DNA of 64,000 nt from Polaromonas sp. (GCF_031411155.1 NZ_JANOAL010000098.1:407-64406); one strand, 5' to 3'; shown: positions 19,487-29,456, numbered from the stretch's first letter. The notes: a model not told the origin generated them from the sequence alone. Numbers and translations are program-made.

Positions 19487-19621
19487 CTTCAAAGCGGGCT
19501 CCAAATGAACTGCAGATGTCGGCCCCAGCGGACTAGAGGGTCGCATCAAGATAAATAGTCCTGGACGGAGACATCGGATGGCTTCAGGCGGTGAAACTAA
19601 AACGCAGCGCGGCCTTTTTTT

Positions 19622-21850
19622 ATGGCGTCATCGGCCGGCGCAAAACGCGAGCTCATGATCGCTGCCTCCAAACTGGCCAGCATCGCCCGGCTTTTGGCCC
19701 TCGCTGCGCATCTGTTTTTTGGGCTGCAGATGGTCACTGCAACACTGCCATCGCACGCCGGCGTGATGACGCGCGAGGCCATGCTAAAGGCCTTTCCGGC
19801 ACCCCTCATCGTGGGCGAAAAGGACCGCAAGCTTCCGGTCTGGCCGATCCTGAAGCAGGACGGCACGGCGACACCGATCATTGCCTATGTGTTCGAGTCG
19901 ATTGATCTGGCGGCCATTCCGGGATTTTCGGGCACGCCTTTCAATTTGCTGGTTGCACTGGATTCCAGGGGCGAGTTCACGAATGTGCGCGTGCTGTCGC
20001 ACCACGAGCCAGTGTTCCTGGATGGTCTGGGGGAGGGGCCTTTGCTGCGTTTTGTCGACCAGTACAAGGGACTGTCCTTGATGCAGAGCATCAAGATCGG
20101 CTCCAACCTCAACACCGGGGGTAAGGCCGGAAGCGCCAATGTATATATCGACGGCGTTGCAAAGGCCACTGCTTCAGTGCGCATCCTGAACCAAAGCCTG
20201 CTGGCAGCATCGCTCAAGGTCGCCAGGGCCAAGCTGGGCTATGCCAACGGGCGGGATCCCGAGTTGGTGGCGCGTATCCGCCCCGAGGTCCATGAAATCA
20301 TGAGCTGGACCGACCTGGTGGACGCGGGCCTCATAGCCCGCAAGACATTCAGCAACCGTGATATTGAGCGGGTGTTTGCTGGAACCGTAGGCGGGGGGCA
20401 AGACGAGCAGGCAACCAGAGCGCCAGATGAAACTTTTATGGACCTGCATGTGGCTTACCTATCGGTTCCGGCCGTGGGCCGCAACTTGCTCACCGCCGAG
20501 GGCTGGAAAGTTTTGCAGCGGCGCCTCGACCCCGGCGACCATGCCTTGCTGCTGGTCGGCAAGGGCCGATACTCCTTCCTGAGTGACGACTTTGTGCGTG
20601 GCTCCGTCCCAGACCGGCTCTCGCTGCAGCAAGAGGGCTTGCCGATTGAGATTCGAGATCTCGATCTTGACACCAGCCTGCAGCTGCCAGCCTCGCTGCA
20701 GGGCGCCGAATGGCGTGTTTTCCGGGTCATTGCACCGGCTGGACTGGACCCGGCCCAGCCGCTGGCGTTCAACCTTCGCGTGACGCGCAGCAAGGGCATG
20801 ATTTATCCCGAGCGGGTAAGCAAGGACTTCTCTTTTGGCACGACGCTGCCCACGGAATATTTTGAGTCGCCCAGCGCCGATGACAAGACATGGCACTCGA
20901 CCTGGAAATCCCGTAGCAGTGAGCTGATGATCCTGCTCGGCGCCCTGGCGTTTCTGGCTTGGGCGCTGGGCGACCAGAGCTGGATATCACGGAGCAAGAA
21001 CAGGCTGGCCTTCTTTCGAACCGGCTACCTTTTGTTCACGCTTTGCTTCATTGGATGGTATGCACAGGGCCAGCTGTCGATTGTCAACATCACTGCGCTC
21101 ATGCAGGCTCTGATTGCCGGCCAGAGCCTCGGCTTCTTCATGTACGACCCGATGACTGTGGTTTTGTGGTGCGCAGTTGCCATCACCTTTTTTATCTGGG
21201 GGCGAGGTACCTTTTGCGGCTGGCTTTGCCCCTTCGGCGCCTTGCAGGAACTCGTGAGCAAACTGGCCAATGCCCTGGGTTTGCGACAAGTCCATGTGCC
21301 GGACCGGATTGACGCGCTACTGAAGAAACTGAAGTACGTGGTGCTTGGCGCCATTGTTTTGGTCGCATGTTTTTCGGTGCCTTGGACCGACCGAATGGCC
21401 GAAGTCGAGCCCTTCAAAACCAGCATCACGCTGGTGTTCGACCGCGCGTGGCCTTTCGTGCTGTGGGCCGGTGGCCTGGTTCTGTTGAGTGCGTTTTTTT
21501 ACAAGAGCTACTGCCGCTACCTGTGCCCGCTCGGCGCGGGGATGGCCATTCTCGGTCGCCTGCGCCGCTTCGACTGGATTGCCCGGCGCAGCGAATGTGG
21601 GCAGCCCTGCCAACGCTGCCGCAGCGAGTGCGGCTACCAAGCCATCCAGAAAACCGGCGAGATTGATTACGACGAGTGCTTTCAGTGCATGGATTGTGTC
21701 GCGATTTACACCAACGAAGAACTTTGCGTACCGCTGATTCTGCAGAGCCGCAAGTCGAGCGGCTCGTCCACCGACAACAATAGATCCGTCGTTATCCCGA
21801 TTGTGCTGATGGACGGCAGCGGGAAAATTCTGGGGAGGCCCCTCAAATGA
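19622..21850 (+). CDS. NosR/NirI-family membrane FMN / iron-sulfur protein
   Basis: 742 aa. N-terminal signal/anchor, periplasmic FMN-bind-like segment (IDGVAKATASV), multiple TM helices, both CX3CP motifs (CGWLCPFG, CRYLCPLG), C-terminal Cys clusters (CGQPCQRCRSEC, CFQCMDC). Confidence 0.8.
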   Translation: MASSAGAKRELMIAASKLASIARLLALAAHLFFGLQMVTATLPSHAGVMTREAMLKAFPAPLIVGEKDRKLPVWPILKQDGTATPIIAYVFESIDLAAIPGFSGTPFNLLVALDSRGEFTNVRVLSHHEPVFLDGLGEGPLLRFVDQYKGLSLMQSIKIGSNLNTGGKAGSANVYIDGVAKATASVRILNQSLLAASLKVARAKLGYANGRDPELVARIRPEVHEIMSWTDLVDAGLIARKTFSNRDIERVFAGTVGGGQDEQATRAPDETFMDLHVAYLSVPAVGRNLLTAEGWKVLQRRLDPGDHALLLVGKGRYSFLSDDFVRGSVPDRLSLQQEGLPIEIRDLDLDTSLQLPASLQGAEWRVFRVIAPAGLDPAQPLAFNLRVTRSKGMIYPERVSKDFSFGTTLPTEYFESPSADDKTWHSTWKSRSSELMILLGALAFLAWALGDQSWISRSKNRLAFFRTGYLLFTLCFIGWYAQGQLSIVNITALMQALIAGQSLGFFMYDPMTVVLWCAVAITFFIWGRGTFCGWLCPFGALQELVSKLANALGLRQVHVPDRIDALLKKLKYVVLGAIVLVACFSVPWTDRMAEVEPFKTSITLVFDRAWPFVLWAGGLVLLSAFFYKSYCRYLCPLGAGMAILGRLRRFDWIARRSECGQPCQRCRSECGYQAIQKTGEIDYDECFQCMDCVAIYTNEELCVPLILQSRKSSGSSTDNNRSVVIPIVLMDGSGKILGRPLK

Positions 21851-22854
21851 AACGTCGTCATTTTCTGGCCACGGCCATCGGCATGTATGCGATGAAACCA
21901 GGCATGTCAGGCGACACAGGCATGGCCCCGGAACAGGCCGAGCCACTGCAATGGAAAGACCGCTCGCTGACGGGTTTTGGCTCTGTACTGTCCTTGCGAG
22001 TAGCGCATAGCAGCGCTGAGCAGGCCGAGCGCGCCCTTGATGCAGCGGTCGCTACCATCCGGCATGTTGAAGACCAGATGAGCCTGTTTGACCCCGACAG
22101 CGCCCTGAGCCGCCTCAACCGGGATGGCGTGCTGGAGCGACCTCATCCCGATCTGGTCAGAATCCTGCAGCTGGCGCAGACGATCTCAGCAAAAAGCGGC
22201 GGCGCGTTTGACGTCACCGTTCAGCCGCTCTGGGCTGTGTTCGATGCCGCGGCGCGACGAGACGCGCTGCCTTCTCCGGCTGACATTGAGAAGGCGAAGC
22301 AGGCGGTGGGATGGCAGGACTTGATAGTCTCTAGCGACACCATTCGACTGCGCCGCCCCGAAATGGCCATCACACTCAATGGCATTGCCCAGGGGTTCGC
22401 GGCTGACCTGGTGCGCCAGACACTGCGAGAGCACGGCGTTAGGCATGCATTGATCAATACCGGCGAGTGGACCTCACTGGGTCGTCCCGACCCGGCACGC
22501 AACTGGTTGCTCGGGCTGGCCGATCCGCGTCAAGAGCAGGCCCTGATAACGCGATTGGCAATGGACGGCCGCAGCATTGCGGTTTCTGCCGACAACGAGT
22601 GCAGCTTTAGCCAGGACCGTCGCCATCACCACATCTTCGATCCGCACACCGGTTACTCGCCTCCTGGGCTCGCCAGCGTCACTGTGGCTGCGCCCAGTTG
22701 CGCGATGGCGGACGCCCTCACCAAGGTCATGTTTGTCGCGGGGCGCGAGGAAGCTCTTCGCATGGCGCACCAATGGCAGGTGGATGTGCTGGTGGTGGCA
22801 AAAAATGGCAACTGGACCGCAACGCCAGGCCTGCACCTACAGCGACAAGGCTGA
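21847..22854 (+). CDS. apbE: ApbE-family FAD:protein FMN transferase (NosX-like)
   Basis: Tat-like MKRRHFLATAIG leader, ApbE family sequence. 4-nt ATGA overlap with the NosR-like gene. Confidence 0.8.
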   Translation: MKRRHFLATAIGMYAMKPGMSGDTGMAPEQAEPLQWKDRSLTGFGSVLSLRVAHSSAEQAERALDAAVATIRHVEDQMSLFDPDSALSRLNRDGVLERPHPDLVRILQLAQTISAKSGGAFDVTVQPLWAVFDAAARRDALPSPADIEKAKQAVGWQDLIVSSDTIRLRRPEMAITLNGIAQGFAADLVRQTLREHGVRHALINTGEWTSLGRPDPARNWLLGLADPRQEQALITRLAMDGRSIAVSADNECSFSQDRRHHHIFDPHTGYSPPGLASVTVAAPSCAMADALTKVMFVAGREEALRMAHQWQVDVLVVAKNGNWTATPGLHLQRQG

Positions 22855-22893
22855 ACCCGCCTGGTCCAACGCCCAGCTTACGGCGCAAAAGCA

Positions 22894-22925
22894 GGAGTCA
22901 CCGCGCGGTGATCCTTGGTTTTTGG
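22894..22925 (+). terminator. Probable rho-independent terminator after apbE
   Basis: GGAGTCACCGC/GCGGTGATCC hairpin followed by TTGGTTTTTGG. Confidence 0.45.
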
Positions 22926-23142
22926 TTCGAAGCCGCAGGTAGGGCCCAGAGATACAGCCCCTTCCTCGCAGATCAGAGCGAGTGCTTGGTGCCTCGACTA
23001 AATAGACTTGTCCTGGCGTTGGCCAAGATGCCCCAGCAACGACGGTGGTGAGACGCGTGCCGCCGGCTTTGGCGTCAGCGCCGGCATCTGACCTGACCTT
23101 TGGCCAGGCACGTGGCAACAGCGATTCGCTGATGTTCTCTTT

Positions 23143-23158
23143 TGTGACAGCTGTCTCA
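23143..23158. promoter_or_regulatory. Palindromic candidate enhancer (UAS) site
   Basis: TGTGACAGCTGTCTCA (14 of 16 positions self-complementary), about 120 nt upstream of the aldehyde dehydrogenase -24 element. A near-identical copy lies at 27003-27017. Confidence 0.4.
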
Positions 23159-23278
23159 GGGCAGAGCGTTGCATGGAACTTGAGCACCAGTTCGGGAGGC
23201 CATCGCAACGATGCCACATCGCAGAGCAATCATCAGACCTGCAGCAAACCCATTGCTAGCCGCGATTAATTTTCGTTC

Positions 23279-23294
23279 TGGCACGGTCCTTGAT
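23279..23294 (+). promoter_or_regulatory. Sigma-54-type promoter upstream of aldehyde dehydrogenase (imperfect -12)
   Basis: CTGGCACG-GTCC-TTGAT. The -24 element is perfect; the -12 element has GA instead of GC. About 55 nt before ATG 23349. Confidence 0.45.
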
Positions 23295-23348
23295 AGAAAA
23301 CAACGCCCGCAAGGGAAACTTTCACCAATTGACCCAAAGAGGAAACCG

Positions 23349-24869
23349 ATGATCTACGCAGCACCCGGCGCTCCAGACGCCAAATACACCTACAAGACCC
23401 GTTACGACAACTTCATTGGCGGCCAATGGGTCGTTCCGGCCAAGGGTAGCTATTTCGATGTGATCAGCCCCGTCAATGGCAAACCGTACACACAAGTAGC
23501 GCGCTCGAGCGCAGAAGACATTGAGCTCGCACTTGATGCGGCACACGCGGCCGCCGACAAGTGGGGGCGCACGCCAGCCGGCGACCGCGCCAATGTGCTG
23601 CTCAAGATCGCTGACCGGATGGAAGCCAACCTGGAGCTGCTCGCCTGGGCTGAAACGGTTGACAACGGCAAACCGATCCGCGAGACCCTCAACGCGGACA
23701 TTCCGCTGGCCATTGACCACTTTCGCTACTTCGCGGGCTGCATTCGTGCTCAGGAAGGCGGCGTCAGCGAGATCGACGAGAACACGGTGGCGTATCACAT
23801 GCAGGAGCCGCTCGGCGTGATCGGCCAGATCATTCCCTGGAACTTCCCCATCCTTATGGCGGCCTGGAAACTTGCCCCTGCCCTTGCCGCTGGCAACTGC
23901 GTGGTCCTCAAGCCCGCCGAGTCCACACCCGTCAGCCTGCTGCTGGTGGCTGAGCTGATTGCCGACCTGCTGCCCGCCGGCGTGCTCAATATCGTCAACG
24001 GCTACGGCCGTGAAGCCGGCATGCCGCTAGCGACCAGCAAGCGCATTGCAAAGATTGCCTTTACCGGATCCACCTCCACCGGCCGAGTAATCGCGCAGGC
24101 CGCGGCCAACAACCTGATTCCTGCCACGCTGGAACTCGGCGGCAAGTCACCCAACATTTTCTTTGCGGATGTCATGGACAAGGACGACGCCTACCTCGAC
24201 AAGGCCATCGAAGGTCTGGTCCTGTTCGCATTCAACCAGGGCGAGGTTTGCACCTGCCCTTCACGCGCACTGATCCAGGAGTCGATCTATGACAAATTCA
24301 TGGCGCGCGTGATCAAGCGCGTTGCCGCCATCAAAATGGGTAACCCGCTGGACACAGACACCATGATGGGCGCACAGGCTTCGAAGGAGCAGCTCACCAA
24401 AATCATGTCTTATCTCGATTTGGGTCGCCAGGAGGGCGCGGAAGTACTGATCGGCGGCACGCAAGCCCAGATAGGCGGCGAGTTCGACGGTGGCTATTAC
24501 GTGCAGCCCACGATGTTCAAGGGCCACAACAAGATGCGCATTTTTCAGGAAGAGATCTTTGGCCCGGTACTGGCCGTCACCACCTTCAAGGACGAGGCAG
24601 AAGCCCTGGAGATTGCCAACGACACGCTCTACGGCTTGGGCGCGGGTGTATGGAGCCGCAACGGCAACCTGGCTTACCGCATGGGCCGCGCCATCAAGGC
24701 AGGCCGTGTGTGGACCAACTGCTATCACGCCTATCCGGCACACGCGGCTTTCGGTGGTTACAAGGAATCCGGCATTGGCCGCGAGAACCACAAAATGATG
24801 CTAGACCACTACCAGCAAACCAAGAATCTTCTGGTCAGCTACAGCGAACAGAAGCTCGGATTCTTTTGA
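23349..24869 (+). CDS. NAD-dependent aldehyde dehydrogenase (ExaC/PedI/AcoD type)
   Basis: 506 aa from MIYAAPGAP (AGAGGAAA SD). ELGGKSP and [12 protein letters not shown] catalytic motifs. Followed by DUF779, as in ethanol-oxidation loci. Confidence 0.85.
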   Translation: MIYAAPGAPDAKYTYKTRYDNFIGGQWVVPAKGSYFDVISPVNGKPYTQVARSSAEDIELALDAAHAAADKWGRTPAGDRANVLLKIADRMEANLELLAWAETVDNGKPIRETLNADIPLAIDHFRYFAGCIRAQEGGVSEIDENTVAYHMQEPLGVIGQIIPWNFPILMAAWKLAPALAAGNCVVLKPAESTPVSLLLVAELIADLLPAGVLNIVNGYGREAGMPLATSKRIAKIAFTGSTSTGRVIAQAAANNLIPATLELGGKSPNIFFADVMDKDDAYLDKAIEGLVLFAFNQGEVCTCPSRALIQESIYDKFMARVIKRVAAIKMGNPLDTDTMMGAQASKEQLTKIMSYLDLGRQEGAEVLIGGTQAQIGGEFDGGYYVQPTMFKGHNKMRIFQEEIFGPVLAVTTFKDEAEALEIANDTLYGLGAGVWSRNGNLAYRMGRAIKAGRVWTNCYHAYPAHAAFGGYKESGIGRENHKMMLDHYQQTKNLLVSYSEQKLGFF

Positions 24870-24952
24870 TCGACTGGTTCTGGTTAGGTTGAACAAGGTC
24901 TTGGGGGACGGGCAACCGTTCCCCTTTCCCATTTTTATCTGGAGACTTGAAC

Positions 24953-25351
24953 ATGGTTGAAAAAGTCATTGCCACTCCGGCGGCACTCGAGCTGGTCGAG
25001 TTCCTGCGCGAGAAACACGGCACGGTCATGTTTCACCAGTCCGGCGGCTGCTGCGACAACAGCGCGGCCAACTGCTATCTGCCGGGTGAGATCACCATTG
25101 GCGCTGGCGATGTTTTTCTCGGCGAGATCGGAGGCGCAAAGTTTTATATCGGCAAATCTCAATACCAGTATTGGATGCACACGCAGCTAATCATCGACGT
25201 GATCGACGGCCACGGCGGCACCTTCTCGCTGGAAGGGCCAGAGGGCAAGGCCTTCCACACCCGGTCACGCGTATTCACCAAGGAGGAATTGAAAGAGCTC
25301 GAGCAGCAGGACGCTGCTGATGAAGCAGTCTCTGCTACACGTGTGGAATAA
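24953..25351 (+). CDS. DUF779 family protein
   Basis: MVEKVIATPAALELVEFLREKHGTVMFHQSGGCCDNS is a characteristic DUF779 N-terminus. ATG 24953 lies 7 nt after GGAGA (the track starts at TTG 24947). Confidence 0.75.
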   Translation: MVEKVIATPAALELVEFLREKHGTVMFHQSGGCCDNSAANCYLPGEITIGAGDVFLGEIGGAKFYIGKSQYQYWMHTQLIIDVIDGHGGTFSLEGPEGKAFHTRSRVFTKEELKELEQQDAADEAVSATRVE

Positions 25352-25456
25352 AACCAGAGATCACCGGCACCCGCTTGGCTCCACCATTTCCCGGATGAAA
25401 ATCGATCGCCTTGCGACCGCGAACTCAGCCCAAGTGATGGATTGCGCCTGCCCAAC

Positions 25457-26368
25457 TCAGGGCGCCGTCAGAGTCATGCCCTGCTGCTTGAAAATCGCCA
25501 GCATTTCCCCGCTGATTCGCAACTCCTTGAGCGCGATTTCGATGGCCTGGCCCAGCTCCTTGTTGCCGGCCTTGATGGCAAGCCCCAACGGCCAGCCGTT
25601 GGCGGGCGAACCAGCCAGCGACATACTGGTCAGGGTGAGGCTGGTAGAGGCAGGCTTGAGTATCGCCAGAGCCGCCTCGGCCTGCGATCTCAGCACATAA
25701 GCCGCCGCTACCTCACCTCTGACCACGGCGCTCGCAGCTTCAATACCTGAGTGGTAAAGCTTGACTTGCGACCGCAGCATGCCGCCACCGTGTCCCATCA
25801 ACACGCTGGCTGCACCGGTGCCGCGCTCGGCTGCAAGAGCATGGCCTTTCAGATCATCGGGGCCATCGACCTGCGGCAACGTACGCTTGTCATGCAGTAG
25901 CACCTGCACCTGACGCATATATGGCGCAAAAATCAGCGCTTGCCGGTTTTCCTGTATCAGGTATTTATCGACAGGCACATGCAGCATGATGTCGGCCGGA
26001 CCATAGCCCAGGTAGTGACCGCGCCAGACCATATTGCGCAAGTCATCATTCATGTTTTCGCCGGCATCAAACGGCAGCAGTGCGAGCTTGAGATTGAGCT
26101 GCTTGGCCAACGCGCCTGCAAGAGCGACATCAAGCCCCTGCATGTCGTTGGCGGGACCATCTGAAAACGGCGGGTTGTCCTTGTATACCGCCACTTTGAG
26201 CACGCCGTTGGCCCGAATGCGAGCCAGGTCTGTTAGTTCTGTTTGCGCCTGCGCCAGCGGCAGGCCAAGGGACAGGAGCAGTGCAAGGCTGCCCCGGCGA
26301 TTGAGCCCCCGGCGATGTAGATCATCGTGGCCAGGGTCCGTGCGAGAGAAGTCGGTCGAAAGGGACAT
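25457..26368 (-). CDS. Quinoprotein-dehydrogenase-associated periplasmic binding protein (family-3 SBP, MxaJ/XoxJ-like)
   Basis: Signal peptide, SBP_bac_3-like sequence, directly downstream of the PedF-type cytochrome. Confidence 0.65.
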   Translation of the reverse strand: MSLSTDFSRTDPGHDDLHRRGLNRRGSLALLLSLGLPLAQAQTELTDLARIRANGVLKVAVYKDNPPFSDGPANDMQGLDVALAGALAKQLNLKLALLPFDAGENMNDDLRNMVWRGHYLGYGPADIMLHVPVDKYLIQENRQALIFAPYMRQVQVLLHDKRTLPQVDGPDDLKGHALAAERGTGAASVLMGHGGGMLRSQVKLYHSGIEAASAVVRGEVAAAYVLRSQAEAALAILKPASTSLTLTSMSLAGSPANGWPLGLAIKAGNKELGQAIEIALKELRISGEMLAIFKQQGMTLTAP

Positions 26369-26443
26369 GGCGGCGATCTGGTTTGAAAAGGGTGACGAAG
26401 GATGCTGTCCATTGTCAGGGGTTTTTTGGCCCCGACGTGCACC

Positions 26444-26938
26444 TCAAGGCTCTCGACGCGTTTCCAGATAGGTACGGATAGACCAGATCGCTTCCTGCGA
26501 GAGCGTGCCCTCAAAAGGCGGCATGTAAACGCGACCGTCACGCACCCGGCCACGCCGCACCGTGGCCAAGTAGAACTCATCCATTTCCTTGAAGCAGGCA
26601 GATTTTTTGGCCGCGTCGGCCAATCCCGTGCATTCGCTGTCGAGTTTGCGCAGGTCGGGCGACATTCCACCCGAAATCGCCTCCAGCCCGTGGCAACGCG
26701 CGCAGTTCTGGTTATAAGCCGAAGTGCCGATGCGAAGCGCCTCCTTGTTACCCGGTCCGGTGCTGTAGGGATTGGCGTTGACCCATTTGTCGCCCAGTTG
26801 GGGGAGCGTCTTGGTATCGACTGCCTGCGGGGTCACGTCGCCATGCGCCATTGCGGCACTTGTCAGCAGTCCCGACGAGGCGGCAATTACCAGCCCTGAA
26901 CCAAACCGCCAGAGAAATGAGAATGAAAAAACTTTCAT
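26444..26938 (-). CDS. pedF: Cytochrome c550 (ExaB/PedF type), electron acceptor of PQQ alcohol dehydrogenase
   Basis: Signal peptide MKVFSFSFLW..., CARCH haem motif, conserved MPPFEG and a Cys pair typical of c550/cL-type cytochromes. Start at 26938. Confidence 0.75.
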   Translation of the reverse strand: MKVFSFSFLWRFGSGLVIAASSGLLTSAAMAHGDVTPQAVDTKTLPQLGDKWVNANPYSTGPGNKEALRIGTSAYNQNCARCHGLEAISGGMSPDLRKLDSECTGLADAAKKSACFKEMDEFYLATVRRGRVRDGRVYMPPFEGTLSQEAIWSIRTYLETRREP

Positions 26939-26976
26939 GTGAAGCTTGCTCCAAGTAAGGGTACGGTTCACTAAAA

Positions 26977-26991
26977 GCAATTTGCGCGCCA
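26977..26991 (-). promoter_or_regulatory. Sigma-54 promoter upstream of pedF
   Basis: Minus strand reads TGGCGC-GCAAA-TTGC (GG-N10-GC), about 40 nt before ATG 26938. Confidence 0.55.
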
Positions 26992-27002
26992 AAATTTCTG
27001 AG

Positions 27003-27017
27003 TGTGACAGGTGTCTC
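27003..27017. promoter_or_regulatory. Second copy of the TGTGACAG-N-TGTCTC motif
   Basis: TGTGACAGGTGTCTC(G) matches 14/16 with 23143-23158. Lies in the pedF / activator divergent region. Confidence 0.4.
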
Positions 27018-27331
27018 GTTTCTCCTCTGGCGTGCCTGATGACGGCAGGCTAGCCAACCTGTTCAAGCTCCCTCATCCGATCGATTTTGTCCCAAATTGG
27101 AACACTTTTTTCGCTCCTCGGGCATGGCAGACATAGCAAAAAAGCTATTAGTTTCAAGGGTTTATGCCATTGTTCACCTTCTGCTTGTGCTCAAAAATGA
27201 CATCAGCGTGATTCTCGTCACCATGCAGAAATACCTTGAGAATTTCGAGTCACGCCAAATGAGGACCGAGCAGCTTCCGGTCAGGCCGCAGTCCCTCGCT
27301 TCTATGTAAAACGACATCTCGTGGAGACAGC

Positions 27332-29371
27332 ATGAGCACACAAGCCGCCACCCATTCGCCCGTCCGGGCAGGTCTTACTCAGGCGTACGAAATTGAGGAC
27401 GAACGGCAACGAAGACTCATTTCAAAGTCACATCAGCGCTCGAATGCCTACGGCATTGAAAGCTCAGACAAACCTGATTTTTCTTCCCCCGGCCGCGTTG
27501 TGCTGACCCACTCGCTTGAGGAAAACCGTTTTTTGTTGCAGCATGCGGCCCCCGCCATGGAGACCCTGTACGAGCAGATCGTCAACACGCACAGCATGGT
27601 CGTTTTGACCTCAGCCAACGGGCTGGTTCTTCACTCGCTGGGAGACAGCGATTTTCTTGAAAAGGCCTCGCGGGTCGCCCTCGCACCCGGCGTGGATTGG
27701 TCCGAAAAAAGCAAGGGCACCAACGCCATTGGCACGGCGTTGAAGGAAGAGCAGGCAATCACTGTGCTCGGCAGCGACCACTTCATGAGTTCCAACAAGT
27801 TTCTCGCCTGCTCATGCGCGCCCATTTCTGATCCTTACGGGCAGCTGATCGGCGCGCTCGACGTGACGGGCGACCACCGCAGTTTTCATCAGCACACCAT
27901 GGCCTTGGTGCGCATGTCGGCGCAAATGGTCGAGAACCACATGTTCGCCGACATATTCCCCAAGGCCGTCCGTTTGCACTTCCATAGCCGGCCCGAATTC
28001 ATTGGCACTCTGGTCGAGGGGATTATCGTGTTTTCCGCTGACGGCCGTTTCCTGTCAGCCAACCGCAGCGCCCAATTCCAGCTCGGTCTGTCGCACAACG
28101 GTTTGAAGGTGCATACGTTTTCGTCGCTCTTTGGTATTCCGATGTCACGCCTTTACGAGCTTTGCACTGGCGGCGTGCCGCGGCTGCATTCGCTGTGCTT
28201 GCACAACGGGGTCACGGTGTCATGCCGCGTCAAGATGAAACCCGGCGGCCAGTGGTTTCCAGGCCATGACAGCGGACCCGCGCAGGAGCCCACGCCAACG
28301 GCAGCGCAGCCCATACAGGCCAGCAGCGAAGGTACAGCTGCGCGCAGGCTACAGCTGTCGACCCTGCGCTACCTCGACACTGGCGACCCGCAGATTTCCG
28401 CAGTAATCCAGAAACTGCGCATGGTGCGTGGACGCGATATTCCTATCATGATACTGGGCGAAACCGGCACCGGCAAAGACCTGATGGCGCAGGCTATTCA
28501 CGGTGACTCTGACCGGGCCGGTAGACCCTTTGTCTCGGTCAACTGCGCGTCTATTCCTGAAACCCTGATCGAGTCCGAGCTCTTTGGCTATGAAGACGGC
28601 GCCTTCACCGGTGCACGCAAAAAGGGCGCTATCGGGAAAATCCAGCAGGCCAGCGGGGGTACCCTTTTTCTCGACGAGATCGGCGACATGCCCAAGCATC
28701 TGCAAGCACGCCTGCTGCGCGTGTTGCAAGATCGCCGCGTGAGCCCGCTGGGCGCCGGCAGGGAGGTCGAGGTCGATATTTCCATCGTCTGCGCCACCAA
28801 CAAAAGCTTGAAGGACATGATCGCCCGCGGCGAATTCAGGGAAGACCTCTACTACCGCCTTAACGGACTCGTGGTGCGCCTGCCGGCCCTGCGTGAGCGT
28901 ACCGACTTCGAACTGGTTGTCACCAAGATCATCGGCAATCTCTGCGACAAGACGACGCAAATCGTTCTGTCCGCCGAAGTGCTCGCCCTGTTCCGCTCTT
29001 ACCACTGGCCAGGCAACTTCCGTCAGCTGCATAACCTGCTGCGAACCGCCGTGGTCATGGTCGGCTGCCAAGGCGTCATAGAGCGTAGCCACCTGCCCGA
29101 TGACTTTCTGGAAGAAGTAGGCCAGCGGACTGGCGCCGGCGCCTGGGCCGGATCCACGACCCGCTCCAGCGCAGATCTGCAACCCTCTGCCGCGGAAAGG
29201 CAGGCAAGTGACCCCGGCCGAAACAGTTTGCACGATGTGACGCTGTCGGCGATGGCGCAGATGTTGCGACAGCACCAAGGCAACGTCTCGGCGGCTGCCA
29301 AGGCGCTAGGGGTTTCGCGCAACACGATCTACCGTAAAAAAGACCAGTTGCCGAGCGACGTCTGGAACTGA
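27332..29371 (+). CDS. Sigma-54-dependent transcriptional activator (AcoR-like: GAF-type sensor, AAA+, Fis HTH)
   Basis: Walker A GETGTGKD, GAFTGA loop (ESELFGYEDGAFTGA), C-terminal AAKALGVSRNTIYRKK HTH. SD GGAGA before the ATG. Confidence 0.9.
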   Translation: MSTQAATHSPVRAGLTQAYEIEDERQRRLISKSHQRSNAYGIESSDKPDFSSPGRVVLTHSLEENRFLLQHAAPAMETLYEQIVNTHSMVVLTSANGLVLHSLGDSDFLEKASRVALAPGVDWSEKSKGTNAIGTALKEEQAITVLGSDHFMSSNKFLACSCAPISDPYGQLIGALDVTGDHRSFHQHTMALVRMSAQMVENHMFADIFPKAVRLHFHSRPEFIGTLVEGIIVFSADGRFLSANRSAQFQLGLSHNGLKVHTFSSLFGIPMSRLYELCTGGVPRLHSLCLHNGVTVSCRVKMKPGGQWFPGHDSGPAQEPTPTAAQPIQASSEGTAARRLQLSTLRYLDTGDPQISAVIQKLRMVRGRDIPIMILGETGTGKDLMAQAIHGDSDRAGRPFVSVNCASIPETLIESELFGYEDGAFTGARKKGAIGKIQQASGGTLFLDEIGDMPKHLQARLLRVLQDRRVSPLGAGREVEVDISIVCATNKSLKDMIARGEFREDLYYRLNGLVVRLPALRERTDFELVVTKIIGNLCDKTTQIVLSAEVLALFRSYHWPGNFRQLHNLLRTAVVMVGCQGVIERSHLPDDFLEEVGQRTGAGAWAGSTTRSSADLQPSAAERQASDPGRNSLHDVTLSAMAQMLRQHQGNVSAAAKALGVSRNTIYRKKDQLPSDVWN

Positions 29372-29456
29372 GAACACGCCGCCAGGGTGTCGATTTCCGC
29401 CGCCGCCTCGCAGGGATAACGGTGATACGGATTTCCCCTAGGCATGCGGTTCCGGC

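Noticed and set aside
27097-27309. 70-aa ORF in the AT-rich region upstream of the sigma-54 activator
   Set aside because: It lies in a promoter-like AT-rich spacer, has no SD, and its composition is unlike the neighbouring genes. Most likely non-coding.
27318-27336. GGAGACAGC near the activator start codon as a further copy of the TGTGACAG motif
   Set aside because: Only an 8-mer is shared, and it coincides with the Shine-Dalgarno/start region. Probably coincidental.
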